Of a stretch of 64,000 bases of DNA, positions 50,101 through 62,465 are shown piece after piece; position 1 is the stretch's first letter, and the number at the start of each line of letters is the position of its first letter. The notes beneath the pieces were generated by a model that worked only from the letters and a program-made list of their open reading frames with translations, was not told where the DNA came from and did no database searches. Made by a program: the position numbers and the translations under genes. This stretch comes from Macrostomum hystrix (taxonomy: Eukaryota; Animalia; Platyhelminthes): positions 19,716,001 to 19,780,000 of the forward strand of contig CATNEN010000001.1 of NCBI GenBank assembly GCA_950097015.1, in the 5' to 3' direction.

Positions 50101-53100
50101 GAGACTGAGGCTGTCAGAAGCTAGCTCAACCGTGGAGGAGCAGGCGGAGTCACTAGCTGCTCTCGAAGTGCTGGGAGAACTGCAGCTGGCGAGATGCACT
50201 GAGTCCACCGAGACCGAGGCTGATGAAGCGGAGAGGCAGTTCAACCGTCAGCTGCAGCTTGTGAACAAGCTCGCTGACTGGGAGTCGACGTCGGCAGCTT
50301 TAGGGAGAATCGGTAGGCGCACAGATGTCTTACATCTCAGACTATGAAAATGACATTTTGACAATGCTGAACTCCTTGAAGCTCAGCATGAAGTTAAATT
50401 GTTATCCCTGATAACCCGAAATATCTTTCCCTGAGGCTTTGATGACACCACACTGAAGCTCTGAAAAAGTCTGTCTTTTTGAACAATCGTTCGCACTACC
50501 AATCTAACAAGCCTGCAAATTCTTCCATGGAAACCAGAGACGTTTTTTTTCAACTTTCAACAATACGCATTATTGGAAATAAAGCTGATGGGCGCATAAC
50601 GACAGCCCAAACCATACTCCTCTTCAGGTCACCTCCTACTAAAAGTCACGTCTTTGCCCCCCCAAAAGTGCGCCGTCCACTTCCCACCCCCTTGCGGATT
50701 TCTAATCACCAAGCATCGCCATTCCGCTACGCTTTCTTCCATGTCTTCTTTTGTCGGTCTCGGTTTCTGGCTAATGGACGCCATGTGTTCCGTGGCCCGG
50801 CGAATCTCCTTCAGATCCCCGGGTTCTCCTAACCACTCATTTAGGAAGCGGTGGACGGCAACACAAAGGAAAAGACGAAATAGAAAATGAATGGGACGCG
50901 AATCGAGGGGCGACAGTAAAAAACACGTCGCCCATCGTTTCCTCCCCTTCGAGTACGGTGGAAAACATCTAGTGTAGAGGTTTCGTTTATCTTCTTCATT
51001 CTTTTCTTTCTGTGCCGCAGTCCGCCAGTTTCTGTTTAATGCGCTTTTCGAAAGCTGGAATGCATCCACTATGATGCTTTCAGACAAAAAAGATAAAATT
51101 CTAGATAGAAAATCTAATAACAATTCTTTCCTAAAATTATCCCGTGAAAGCTCTATTCTGTAGCCGTGTACACTGGAAGACATCTGCGCAATTACAAAAG
51201 ATTCTATATTCTTTCCAAGCATCGAACCATTATCGTAGTTTTAGAAATAACACAAATGGTACTCGTACTAAAACCAAAAAAACTAAATTTTAAACCCAGG
51301 TCGTAGCCATGCCGCCCGAGGCAATTACAAGACAGCGTTTCGTTGGCATGTCGAGCGACTTGCACAGCTGCAAAATTCGCCAGCTGGTGACCGACGTGAT
51401 CGGCAAATGGACGCTTGTCTGATGAACCTAGTCGACGCTTGCCGTCAGCTCAAACGCTGGTCGGAAGCTCTTGGCTACGCGCGACAGCGAGTGCAGCTGA
51501 CGGATCGCGCTGGTCGCATTGACTCGCTGGACCAGTTGGCCGACATTCTTTGGCGCTACGGAAGAAACAGACGCGAACAAGCAGCGTCCGTTACAGTGGC
51601 TTACAAAGAGCTTTTATCGGCTCTGTCTGATAGTGAGCGTTGCTATGGTGACCACGAAGCCAACCAGAGGAAGAGGCGAAGAGCTTTTCGTCGATTAGCG
51701 AGTATTCAACTTCGCTGGGGTCTGGCCAGAGATGCAGAGACAGGCTTCAGAGAGTCGCTCTCAGTCGCTGCGGGTGCAGCAACGGCACTGGAGATTTCAA
51801 AGGCAGAGCGCGGACTCGCCGGGTCACTGCTGCTACAGAATCGATTTCCGGAAGCAGAGTCAGCGATCGCACACAGTCTTTGTGTCTGCAGCGATTCAGA
51901 AACCAACTTGAAGATTTGCTGCGCAAAGGCAAAGTCAAAAGCACTGTCGGGTCACGCAGCGATTCGAGAACGTCTCGGCGATTATCCCGGAGGTCTGCGT
52001 CATAGACAAGCGGCACTAGAAGCGGCTCGACGTGTCCGATCTGCGAAGCTTCTGAGGAGTGCCCTAGGAGACTTGGGCGACGCCAACCTGGCTCTGGGGA
52101 ATTTGGCCTCCTGCCTGCGATGTCATCACGAAGCAGTGGAGATGGCAGAGGCGTCCGATGTGGAAGCGCTTAGTCGCCTGGCCGGAGCTCTTGTATCCTC
52201 CAGAAGATGGTCGGAAGCTGTTGAACAGCTTGAAAGGCTAAAAAAACTGCTTGAATGTGTTCAGGAGAATGACAATGAGAGTCCAGAATGCAATCTAGCT
52301 AATGTGTTGCGTGCCTTAGGCGACTGTTATCACAGGTTGCGGAAACCGAAGCAAGCAATTCGATACTACAGACGCTGCTTAGAGAGCCTGGCTGATGCAG
52401 AGACTAAGCCTCCCACTCCCAAACCTTGGACGGCACCTGAATACTCTGGTATTGAGTTGTTCAAACTATCCGGGAACTCAACAAAATGTTCTTGTCCAAC
52501 ATGTGATAAGCATCGTGCACAAAAACTTTCAGAGCATGAAACAACACCAAACAGTGAGCGCGAAACGGAGTCCAAAATAGAGCAGAAATTGGTTATATCA
52601 GGAAAACAAGAAAACTGGCTTTGTCGAGCTATTATTCTCAACCAGCTGGCAGTGTGTCATCGTCGATGTAGACAAATTCGTGAAGGCCAGCAATGCGCTG
52701 AGAAGTGTCTCGCTTTGGCGACAAATCTCAGGACGAGCGATGCTGCACCGATCGTCACTGACGCTATCATAGCAGACACCTACGAAACGATGGGTCGCTT
52801 ATTACTGCTCAAGCTGCAGCTGACGAAATCAACGATTGAGATCGACGGCGACGTAATTCAGAGAGCCGGAGACTGTTTCGCCGCCCAGCTGACTGCCGCG
52901 CGTCGAGTCGGATGCCGAGCGCGTGAAGCATCGGCTGCGCACTGGTTGGGCCGAGCGCGACAACTTGCCGGCCGCAGGGCCGAAGCGGCCGCTTGGCATC
53001 GGGCAGCGCTGGCAACCGCCCCGTCGCAGTATGGACGAGAACGAGCTCTCGCGGCACTTGCTGCGAATCTACGCGAAGCTGGAGACGCTGCGACCGTCTT

Positions 53101-55159
53101 GGAGACGCTGGACGATACGAAAGACACCTTGGAAGTTGACGTTCAACATAATGATGACATAGCGATCGCTTCGAAAACTTCAAGTAGCTGGCAATTCCTT
53201 CGTCAACATCAACGAGGATTGGCTTTAGAACGACTCGGTCGTCTTGAGGAGGCTCGGAACGCGTTGATGGTTGCAACTGTAAAGCAGGTTGAAATGCTGG
53301 AGAGAAACGATCTTGATGATGAATGCGAAGTTGATGAGGAAGAGAACTGCGAGGCGTTAGGCGAATGTCTAGACGGGCTGCAACGGATACTCTGGAGTCT
53401 TGGCAACTGGCGACAAGCTCTTAACTTTGCTGAGCGCCGGCTGCTTTTGTTGCTAGGCAACGAGTTTGATGGCTCGAAGTTCGATAGACTCAGCAATGCA
53501 GATCCTGTTGAGGCACTGCAATCCGACCTGGGCGATTGTGAGGCCGTGCTCTGCTTAACACAAGCAGGCGAAGGAAAACTCTTCAGCTGGTTGATCACTT
53601 CTTCAAAAAGAGAAGCAGGTGGTCTTGTTGCTAAGGATGCGAAAATCAACTCAAAAAGCTCCGACGATACTGCAGCGATCGTACATGAACTTGTCATGAC
53701 AACACTGCTTTGCGACTCAAGAGAGTGGCTAAAGAAATTGACGATAGTCTCCAGTCGGGACACGATGCTCGCAATGCCTTCAACAACCGGGTTGCTAAAT
53801 GGTCAGATTTCAGTTTCAATGGCGCCCAGCCTTCGGCACTGTCAGTTCTGGCGTACTGGGCTGCGAAGAGTTTCGAAGCCGGATTTAACCGACCCCTCCT
53901 GCCGAGTACTAGCATTCGCGGACGATGATAGCGACGAAACTAGCTTGTCAGCTCTTATTAAACAAGAATGTTTGCAAAACTCGAGGACGACTTGTTGCTG
54001 CCAGCCATTGTCGCAGCTGATCCAGATGGCGCCTCAAGCTAGAGATATTATTCACATCTCGCTAACATTTCCGACAAGCGCATGGGAAATGCAAGACTTG
54101 CAAATTTCAGCGCGGCTTGTGGTAATCTTAGCTAAGCGTTCGCTCGCAGCAGAGCAAGGTAGTGGGTTCAATTCTGACGAACTGAACTTTCTGGTTCAGA
54201 TGGCTGGGGCCCTGATGTTTGCAGGTGCGAGAGCGGTTCTTATCTGTCTGCAGCAAGATATGCTGAGCACTGTGTACTCCAAACTATTGACATATTGTGG
54301 TGACAAGAGCAGCGGACATATTGCCGATGCCGTTCGCTCTGCTCTTGCTGAGCATAGCAACAATAAAAGCATCCCTAGCAACCCATTGATCTTACTTGGC
54401 GACGTCAGAACCCGACTGCGAACCATGTGTGGCTCGCTGGGCTGCATACTTCATCTACTCCTGACGGGACAGCGCGGTGCCGGCAGTGGACCCGTAGAAA
54501 TTCGACGTTCGCTGCGATCGCTCGTGAGATTCTTGGAGGCTGCGCCGTCAGGTGCGGAAGCTCCGCGTGAGAGGCGGCAAAGCTGGTGGACTTGCGAAGA
54601 GATTGAATCAGCAGCTACGCGCATTCGAGCCCTTGCAGCTCTTCCAGACTCTGCTCTGGTTGCATTGCGACGGTTACTCGCTGCAGTCAGCAACGATAGC
54701 GAGGACCTCGAACAGATGGCCAGCCTGCTGAAAGACGCTTCCAGAGTGTCGACATCGACTGCTTGCCTGACAGTCACTCCGAAGCTCTGGCGTCGCGATG
54801 GCTGTCACGATTTTTTAACGGCCGTTGGCTTCCGGCTGTGCAGTCTGGACGCGGCCGACGGCACCGCTCAGCTGATGCTGTTGTCTCTCTCATCTCCGAC
54901 GACATCCACAGCACTTTTAGGCAAGGCATCGCTGAGCTTGGCCACGCTCGCTGATGCTGATCTCACCGACGACTGCGAGTTCTTCGACAGAGTTCAGGGC
55001 CTTGAAGCTGCTAGAGTGAACGAAGACTGCTCTGACGCCGATGCCAGCCTGTTTCGTCGACGTCGCAGATGCCAGCCGCCCGCGGTGGTGCAGTCCACGG
55101 TCAGCTGGGACAGCAGCAGCGGCTACGGCAGTGGCTGGGACTTTCCGGGGTCGCCATGA
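41182..55159 (+). CDS. TTC28: TTC28-like tetratricopeptide repeat protein with a degenerate CHAT domain, ~1817 aa; exons 41182-41619, 45461-45629, 47033-47311, 49605-50312, 51300-55159
   Basis: DPFALTSVIGQELLAAG..LRCSVLASLGRAHWLLG and C-terminal LWRRDGCHDFLTAVGFRL match TTC28 family signatures; many TPRs; CHAT-like LMFAGARAVLICL; in-frame GT-AG splicing (5454 nt); extra exons cannot be excluded. Confidence 0.8.
41752..42045. repeat. (TTCTA)n microsatellite
   Basis: Directly visible. Confidence 0.97.
43190..43910. repeat. CT-rich low-complexity repeat, intronic
   Basis: Directly visible. Confidence 0.95.
44266..45330 (+). mobile_element. partial SINE family A copy split by a solo LTR
   Basis: B box and GAGGCCGCATT before 44300; SINE body resumes CATTTTGGGCGCAGCC after 45186. 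Confidence 0.8.
44300..45182 (-). mobile_element. solo LTR (883 bp, probably Gypsy-type)
   Basis: Termini TGTTGT...ACAACA, 4-bp TSD CATT, CCAAT and TATA-like motifs; orientation inferred. Confidence 0.85.
45640..46930. repeat. ~22-bp minisatellite (AATCCCTTCACAATCCTTCCCG)n, intronic
   Basis: Directly visible. Confidence 0.95.
47360..48655. repeat. 13/17-bp minisatellite (GTCTGTACTGGGT)n, intronic
   Basis: Directly visible; the long Cys/Val ORFs are artefacts. Confidence 0.95.
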
Positions 55160-55832
55160 GCCATTGATGATAATGATGTCTTTTATTTTCGCATGTAGAT
55201 ATTTTTTTCGAAGTTTTTTATGTCTGAAGCATTCTTAATCCACCTGATAGACAGAAAACATGCGCACGTAGTCCTTTTGTCATTTTGTAACCAGCCACAA
55301 CTGACTACTATCCAGTAGTATGTAACAGCTTTCACAGTTTACCCGCTGAACGATCGTTTTTTGCAGCGCTGGAGTATTTTAAACCAAACCTCAATAACTA
55401 GTCACATAAATTGCTCTTCATGTATTTGAAAATTGTAATTGTAATAAATTATTACATTTTCGCACTCAGTCAATTCTGTCCGACATTTAAAGTTTTTTTA
55501 TTTGATTAAAAGGTGCAAATAAAACTGAATATAGTCTTGTGTCAACCAGGACAAAAGTAATGTCAATTTCTTGAACTTTTTTTCGTTTCTTCAAACTAGT
55601 TTTTGGCATGTTTGAGGACTCGTAAATATCTAAAAACCGGTAGTCCTGGAAGCGCCGAATGAGAATAGCAATAACTTCGAACTTATAATAGACAGTCGCA
55701 CACTAAACAAACAACTAAGACAGGTGTGGCAATTGAATCTGAATAAAAGTTTAGAGCCTTGAAAATTATGAATAAAAGTGCTCAGATACGCTCGTTATAG
55801 AGTTGTAACAATAAGGGTGCGCTGAAATTCAT

Positions 55833-58800
55833 TCAAACTTTCCGCTGCACACTGGCAGCTCCACTTAGCAGACTCTGCAGCTGCTCCCTATCCAGACACC
55901 TGTCCACCACACTGTGGTACTTTGACAGCAGGCTCTGGCCCAAGCCCCAGTCAGGGCAATAGTGCAGGCACGCTAGCAACTCCTGTAGATCGGGCTGGTC
56001 GCCCTGCAGGGACTCGGCGGCCCAGTCTCGGCTGAGCTTCCGGCTGAGCTCCGCATCCAGCAGCTCGATGCAGAGGCTGCGCAACAGAGCGTCGAAGTTG
56101 ATGTAGAACTCGTCGCTATTTGTCTCCAGACGTGTCGGAAAGTACTTTTCTATGAAACTGCCTCCGGTTAAAAAGTGAAACTTCGGATCCGAATCGAATT
56201 CAAAGCAGAACTTCCAGGCTGAGTCAGTCTGGGTCAGGTGATTCCAAACAAAATCCTTCGTGGCTTCACGCGCCGATCTGCCTGCAGGCCATTCAATCCA
56301 CCGGCAAGCTGTGCGTCCTCTGTCACTAAACTCAACCAGAGTCTCTGTTGCTGCGACTCGATTGTCGAATTTCAAGCAGCTCAGCGCTCTGAGAGCCTCT
56401 CTCGCGGTGCGGACACAGTCTGGCAAGGTGTTTAGTAGTTCCAACACATCTGATTCTATTGCTTCCTTTTGAGTAAGCAAGCCTAACGCTTCTCTCACAA
56501 CAGAGTAGGCCATCGTATAGTCGCTTTTCGAATGGATCTTTTTAAACAAACCCGATGCCTGAAAAACTGCCGCCTCGTCATTGATGGGGAGAATTTGAAA
56601 CGGGTGAAAATAGAAACTTCCTGATTGTGGAAGAACCGAAAGGCTGTCTTTAAACTTCATAAGATTTTCTGGCAGATGATAAATGACATCAGTCAACACT
56701 AAGGCGATTTCTCTAGCCGTGCTTTTATCTGCACCCTTCAGATATAGACCGGCGTCTTTGAGGAAGAAGTGCTCCATAACTCGACCGTCAAGATTCTCAT
56801 TTGAACAGCCTCTTTCCACGCAGTCAAGAAGCATCTGCAGCGATCTTCGAGTGAGACTCAAGAGACTCTGCGGTTGCCATTGCTCGCATGGAGTCTCTTC
56901 CAACATCCGGAAGGTTACAGTCTTGGCGTGGTACGCCTTGAGGCCCTGCACCCTGCGACCGATGACCTTCTTAACCAGAAATTTCAGCAGGATGAACATC
57001 TGGCCCTGGACAGTGTTGAGACTCCGTAGCAAACGTCTCTCCAGGAAGGTGGTGCTCACCCTCAGCTGCTTGCCAGCCTGTCCAGGGGGCGCCGCGTGCA
57101 CCAGGTGACACGGCGAGGCCGCTAATTCCAGCCGAAGTGACTGCAGCACAGACTGGGGAATGTTGGACCTGGCCAGCCGACTAGGCTGCAGCGGCGCGAT
57201 GGGAGGGTAGCAACAGAGCCGGCAGGCGCTCACTCGGTCCACGGCCGGTTTCAAAGCGGAGCCTCGCCATGGCCTGGCCGGGTTCGAAGCTAAATAGGTG
57301 CGAAATAAACTCTTGAATTATTCTTAGTTAACACTGACGGGGGTCAGTGGCAGAGCGGTTAACGCGGTAGCCTATGGCCCCCAATTTCCTAAGCTCGATT
57401 CCGCGGCGAGGCCACATTCATTTTGGGCGCAGCCGCAGAAAGAAGGCTTGGGGGCTTGTCGTGCAATTTACGCCCTTGAGGACCAACCTCCAAGGCACAG
57501 TAAAGTGAACACTGCCTGACGATGAGAAAGTCAGGGCAGATGTACACACCAGTGTGAGTCTGTGCTTGCGTACAGCAGTCAGCGGAACGGGCAGAATTGC
57601 CTCCTCGCTGGCAGCGGGTCTAGTGTCAACAAATGATATACCATGGCCCGCAGCCCTCCTGTAAATATTATTATAGCTGGATATTTCATGATTATTATAC
57701 TCGTATTTAACGTTGCTAATACATTTTCTGAATCTTATACCCGCAAGCCGTGCTGACTTACCAAATCCTGCACAGAGAATGTGACCGTTGGTGTACTCGC
57801 ATCGGTTCATAGTCTCGCCTTCTGTCTCAGAGCAATCGCAGAAATCTTTCAGGTGATACAGCCGGCCCGTAATCAGCTCCATCACGTCAATGTCTGATTC
57901 AGAGTCGGTTCTCCCGTCCAAGCTCGTCAAGCTGTTGCCCCAGCCCTCGGAGAAGCTGCCAACAACAAATATCTGTTGGCTGGTGTACCGGGACGTGATC
58001 TGCTCGAGCACATCGGCAGCTGCGCTCTGCAGTGCCGCTCGAGACTCGGTGAAGCCAGATTGAGTCAGGCACTGGTTCAGGAGCAGGCTCGCCTCGTTGC
58101 TCGGTGTTCTAAATCAGTTTGAAAAGTGCAAAGATAGTAAACATTACTGACTTACTCCGTAAAATATCCCACTGATGCCGGAAAAGATACTAATAATACG
58201 AGTATTTGCAGGAGGGCTGGGGGCAGTGGCACATCATTTGGTGACACAAGGCCCGCTGCCAGCGAGGAGGCAATTCTGCCCGTTCCGCTGACTCCTGAGA
58301 ATACATGCACGCGCTCACTCGGGTGTGCATGCCTGCCATGACTTTCTCATCGTCAGGCAGTTTCACTCCCACTGTGCCTTGTAGATTGGTCCTCAATGGC
58401 TTAAATTGCACGACAAGCGAGAGGGTGCGAGAGGCCAACGCGATAACTGCTCTGCCACCGACCCCCTTACAAGCTTGTACAAGATTTTTCAAGCGGGACA
58501 ATCAACTTACTCCGGAAAATAATCCACTTGCGCCGGAAACGTCGGTTCAATTTTCGACTCGGAGATTTTTAAGCAGTCCTGCTGTACCAAAGAAGCGCTC
58601 AGGATGAACTCATCCGAAGACTGCGCCCTCGCCAGCAGTGCTGCTGTGAACAGATCACAGTTCAGACAAGCAGCTTGCAGGCAGACCGACTCGATTTCCA
58701 CCTGGGCCGCAATCAGAGCTTGCACAACCTTGTGATGACCTTGACTTGTTGCTATTAGCAACGGAGAAATGCGAGGCCATCGCACAGCGCTCAAATCGGC

Positions 58801-60729
58801 CTGAGCTGCTATGAGCAGATGGACAACAATCTCGTGACCATTCTGCGCTGCTGAGAACACCGGCGATGCACCATTGGCAGCTCGAATGTCCAAGTCAGCC
58901 CCGGCTGCGGAGAGCGACCTCACAACTCTCACGTGACCGTACTGGGATGCAACGTGAACAGCCGTGTAACCATCGCGCTGCTGAGTGTCCAGACTGGCAC
59001 CAAACTTGATCAAGTTGTCAACAATGGGCGAATGACCATTCTGCGCAGCTATCCACAGAGCTGAGGTACCATCGCTGGCCAATAATTCCGTGCTGGCCCC
59101 AGCAGACAGGAGTCGGTCCACAACATTCGTGTGACCTTTCTGTGAAGCTGCGTACAGCGGAGAGCATCCGGCGTAATTTGCCAGGTCCACGTCGATTACG
59201 GTCGCAGCTAATAATTCTTCGACCGCTTCACAATGTCCTTCCTGTGAAGCCAGATACAGAGCCGTGCAGCCATTGCTCACTTGAAGATTCACATTGGCCT
59301 GAGCGGCGCTCAACAGCAGCCGGACAATGCGGGTATGGCCCAGCTGGCTGGAAATGTGAATCGGCGCTGCTAGCTGCACATGGCCTGTCAAGTCAGCATC
59401 GGCATTGGCAGCGATCAGGGCTAAAGCGATCTCCCAGTGGCCCTCCTGCGCTGCAGCGTACAGTGCGGTTGTGCCGTGCCTGTTAACTTGGTTAACATCT
59501 ACCTGAGCCCTAATTAGTCGGTGGACAATCTGGACATGGTTGCACTGCACTGCTATTTGGAGCGGCAGGGCTTCATTCTTATCGGAGTCGGGGTTTGGTT
59601 TCGCACCGGCCTCAAGTAGATAGTCAACAATGCTTAAGTGGCCATAACCAGAGGCTGCATAGAGAGGAGCTAACCTGCATGGGTTTGAGTCAGCTTTAGC
59701 TTTGAGCAGTGTCTGCACGACCAGATTATGTCCGTTTTGCGCAGCGATCAACAGAGGCGTGCTGCCATTTTGCATGGCTTGATCAACGTCGGCCATCCGT
59801 CCGACCAGATCTCGCACCACAGCTAGGTGGCCATCCTGAGATGCGACATAGACTGGCGTTGCTCCATCGGTCTCTGGTAGGTTTAAGTCAGGAACACCAA
59901 ACTGCAGCAGCTGCCTGACAATCTGGACTCGTCCGAACTGCGAGGCAATGAACAGCGGCGTGGCGCCCTGTATCTGGCGCAGATTGACGTCGACTCCTGC
60001 CCGAGTGAGAACCTCGACAACTTCTAGATGGCCTTCCTGAGCGGCTGCGTACACCGGAGTTCTGCCCCGATCCTGCTGCTGATTGGCATCAGCCTGGGCT
60101 TTGAGTAGTACCGACACAGCCTGCCTGTGTCCCTTCTGTGCCGCAATATACATGGGGGTGCAGCCGTCAGTTTTGCGAAAGTCCACATCAGCCATGGCTT
60201 CAGCCAGCAGGGTCACAATGCCCCAGTGTCCATTCTGAGCGGCCATATAAATTGGCGTTGAACCAACGCTGGTTCGAGCTCGGTTTACGTCCGCCTGGCA
60301 ACTAATGAGCAGGCGTGTCACAGCCGCGTGACCATTTTGAGCGGCGGCCCAGAGCGGAGTGCAGCCGAGCCGCTGGGGCTGGTCCACATCGGCGCCCAGT
60401 TGGACCAGCCGCCTCACCAGCTGCTCATGTCCGTAGGCCGATGCTACAAAAAGTGGCGACTCGCCGTGACTCGATATGCGATTAACGCCGGCAGATGATA
60501 ACTTGGACGATTGAACAAGCTGTTCTAGAGCAGCCAGTTGTCCATTGATGCAGGCCAAGTGAAGCGGCGACAGGTGGCTCCCGTTAAAGTCGAACATGTC
60601 ATCAGCGGATTCGCCCCCGCTCAGACACGCCTTCAAACTGGCTGAGTCGCCGGCTAAAACTGCTCGCAGAAATTCAGCGCTTGGAGATTGCTTAGCCGGC
60701 ACAGATGCGCGCTGCGCTGGCACAGTCAT
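55833..60729 (-). CDS. ANK-cGLR gene B: ~19-21 canonical ankyrin repeats + Mab-21/cGAS-like nucleotidyltransferase + C-terminal domain, ~1340 aa; exons 60729-58511, 58108-57762, 57289-55833
   Basis: TPLxxAAxxGH repeats; GSFSEG..ESDID motif, third acidic residue in VDRVSAC, HLV..QLRVSTTFLER, LKAYHAKT, MEHFF; GT-AG junctions in frame (4023 nt). Confidence 0.88.
57337..57672 (+). mobile_element. SINE family A in intron 2 of ANK-cGLR gene B
   Basis: Full-length match to the family. Confidence 0.88.
58192..58467 (-). mobile_element. SINE family A with an internal deletion, in intron 1 of ANK-cGLR gene B
   Basis: Reverse-complement match; lacks the B-box region. Confidence 0.85.
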
Positions 60730-62149
60730 ATCTTTTGCTAAAGCGGAAATAAAACTTCATCCATAAGTCTTAATTTAAGAAGAACGATTTAATTTTGCCA
60801 AGAACAGACCGTTAAGGTTTTTGACACACGGATTCGTGGTGCAAGTAAAAATTAAAACCATAACTTTGTTACTATGTCATTTAATTCATGTATTCCTCTT
60901 AAAATATTTCGAAACTATTTTGACTTTATCTTTTTTTATAAATAAATTCCTAAGATGACTTCATAGTATAACAAACTTTATTTAAAGGTAAGATATAATT
61001 ATAACTGATAAACAATTAACAAAACAAGATTTCAGCTCTTGACTGCGGTGCAGTTTCAATATAAAAAATAGTTTATTGCTAAAAAGTTAACTTTTGGAAG
61101 AAAATAGCTTCAAAGAAGGCATAATATTTGTTTAGTCAAATTAAATAAAATTACGTATATTTATTTTTATGTAGTGTATGTGTTTGACATGAAAATGCCA
61201 ACAGCAACTGAAAGAGAGTAAAAAACTATTTTTAGTGAGACATAAGTGCTATTCTTTAATGGACTTTGGAAGATACAGGGATTGTTAAAAGATAAGATGT
61301 ATATAGTTACTTAATCTGAACTCCACAAAGTTTTAACTAAAAAATGTTATTAGGGGCATTGGCATGTTATTTAAAACTTATAAACCAACATGATAGATTG
61401 TATTGTGCTTTATATAGTTTCGAATGCGAGATGTTAAACAATTATGAGATGCTTTGGTTCCTTGTTTCTATCAATAAAAGTTCTTTCCTTCTTAGAATAG
61501 TTTGTATTTAAACTATCTCAAGCGATAACTCGAAGCACTTACTACTAAAATTCAATAGCTAGAAATCGAAGAAAAAACTATTTTGGCTGTTTTTTTAAAG
61601 ATAGCTGTGCTTGTTTAGTGTGCCGAAAACTAAATTTAAATCTTCAATGCATACATGTTGTTATAGTCCGTGAAAAAAAACACGGAAAACCACTAGAGAA
61701 ACTAAAAAGTTATTTATAAACGAAATATCATGTGAAGTGTAATGATAAATTTCAATCATTTTTGGTAAAGTTAAAACTTTGGCTTTTCTGGTGCTTTTCA
61801 AGGCTTGAAGGCTTTCAATTCTTTGTGCTCTAAACTTGTATAGCAGAGAACGTATTGACAAACCGATTTTCGTCTACTGGAATGGACAAAAAATTCGATT
61901 GTAGTTAACAATGTAGTTAGGAAAGCAAGGAGAATAAAAAACAGAAGTTAAAAGAAATGCAAAGCACTCTTGAAGGAAGAACGGGAACTTTTCGAATAAA
62001 ACAATAGCTGTGGAGAGCTTATAAGTGAATTTGTAAAGTATATTGAATACACAGATTTATCATTAATTTCTTAATTCGCAAAATCAGTCAATACAATTGT
62101 AAATAGCGATTCGCTACTTGTTATAACGTTAATAAGAATAATAAGTGCA

Positions 62150-62465
62150 TTAGGGCTACGTGCAATGGCACATCATTACCAGACCACAGCCAGCGAGGAG
62201 GCAATTATACTCATTTCGCTGACTCCTGAGCACATACGCACCCAGATACTGTACGCAGGCACACACTTTCTCATCGTCCGGCAGTGTACACTCTCACTGT
62301 GCTTAGGAGGCTGGCCCTCAAGGGCGTGAACTGAACGATAGGACCCCAAGGGATTCTCTCCACGGCTGCGCCTGAATGTGGCCTCGCCGAAGAGAGCGTA
62401 TTGGTGTATTGCTCAGGAACCTTTGTGCAAGAGGCATACGCGTTATCCCCTCTGCCATGCCCGCC
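62150..62465 (-). mobile_element. diverged SINE family A copy
   Basis: Reverse complement contains GCCTCCTCGCTGGC and GACGATGAGAAAGT. Confidence 0.8.

Noticed and set aside
50629-51222. 197-aa antisense ORF in a TTC28 intron
   Set aside because: No recognisable domain; at most a decayed retroelement remnant
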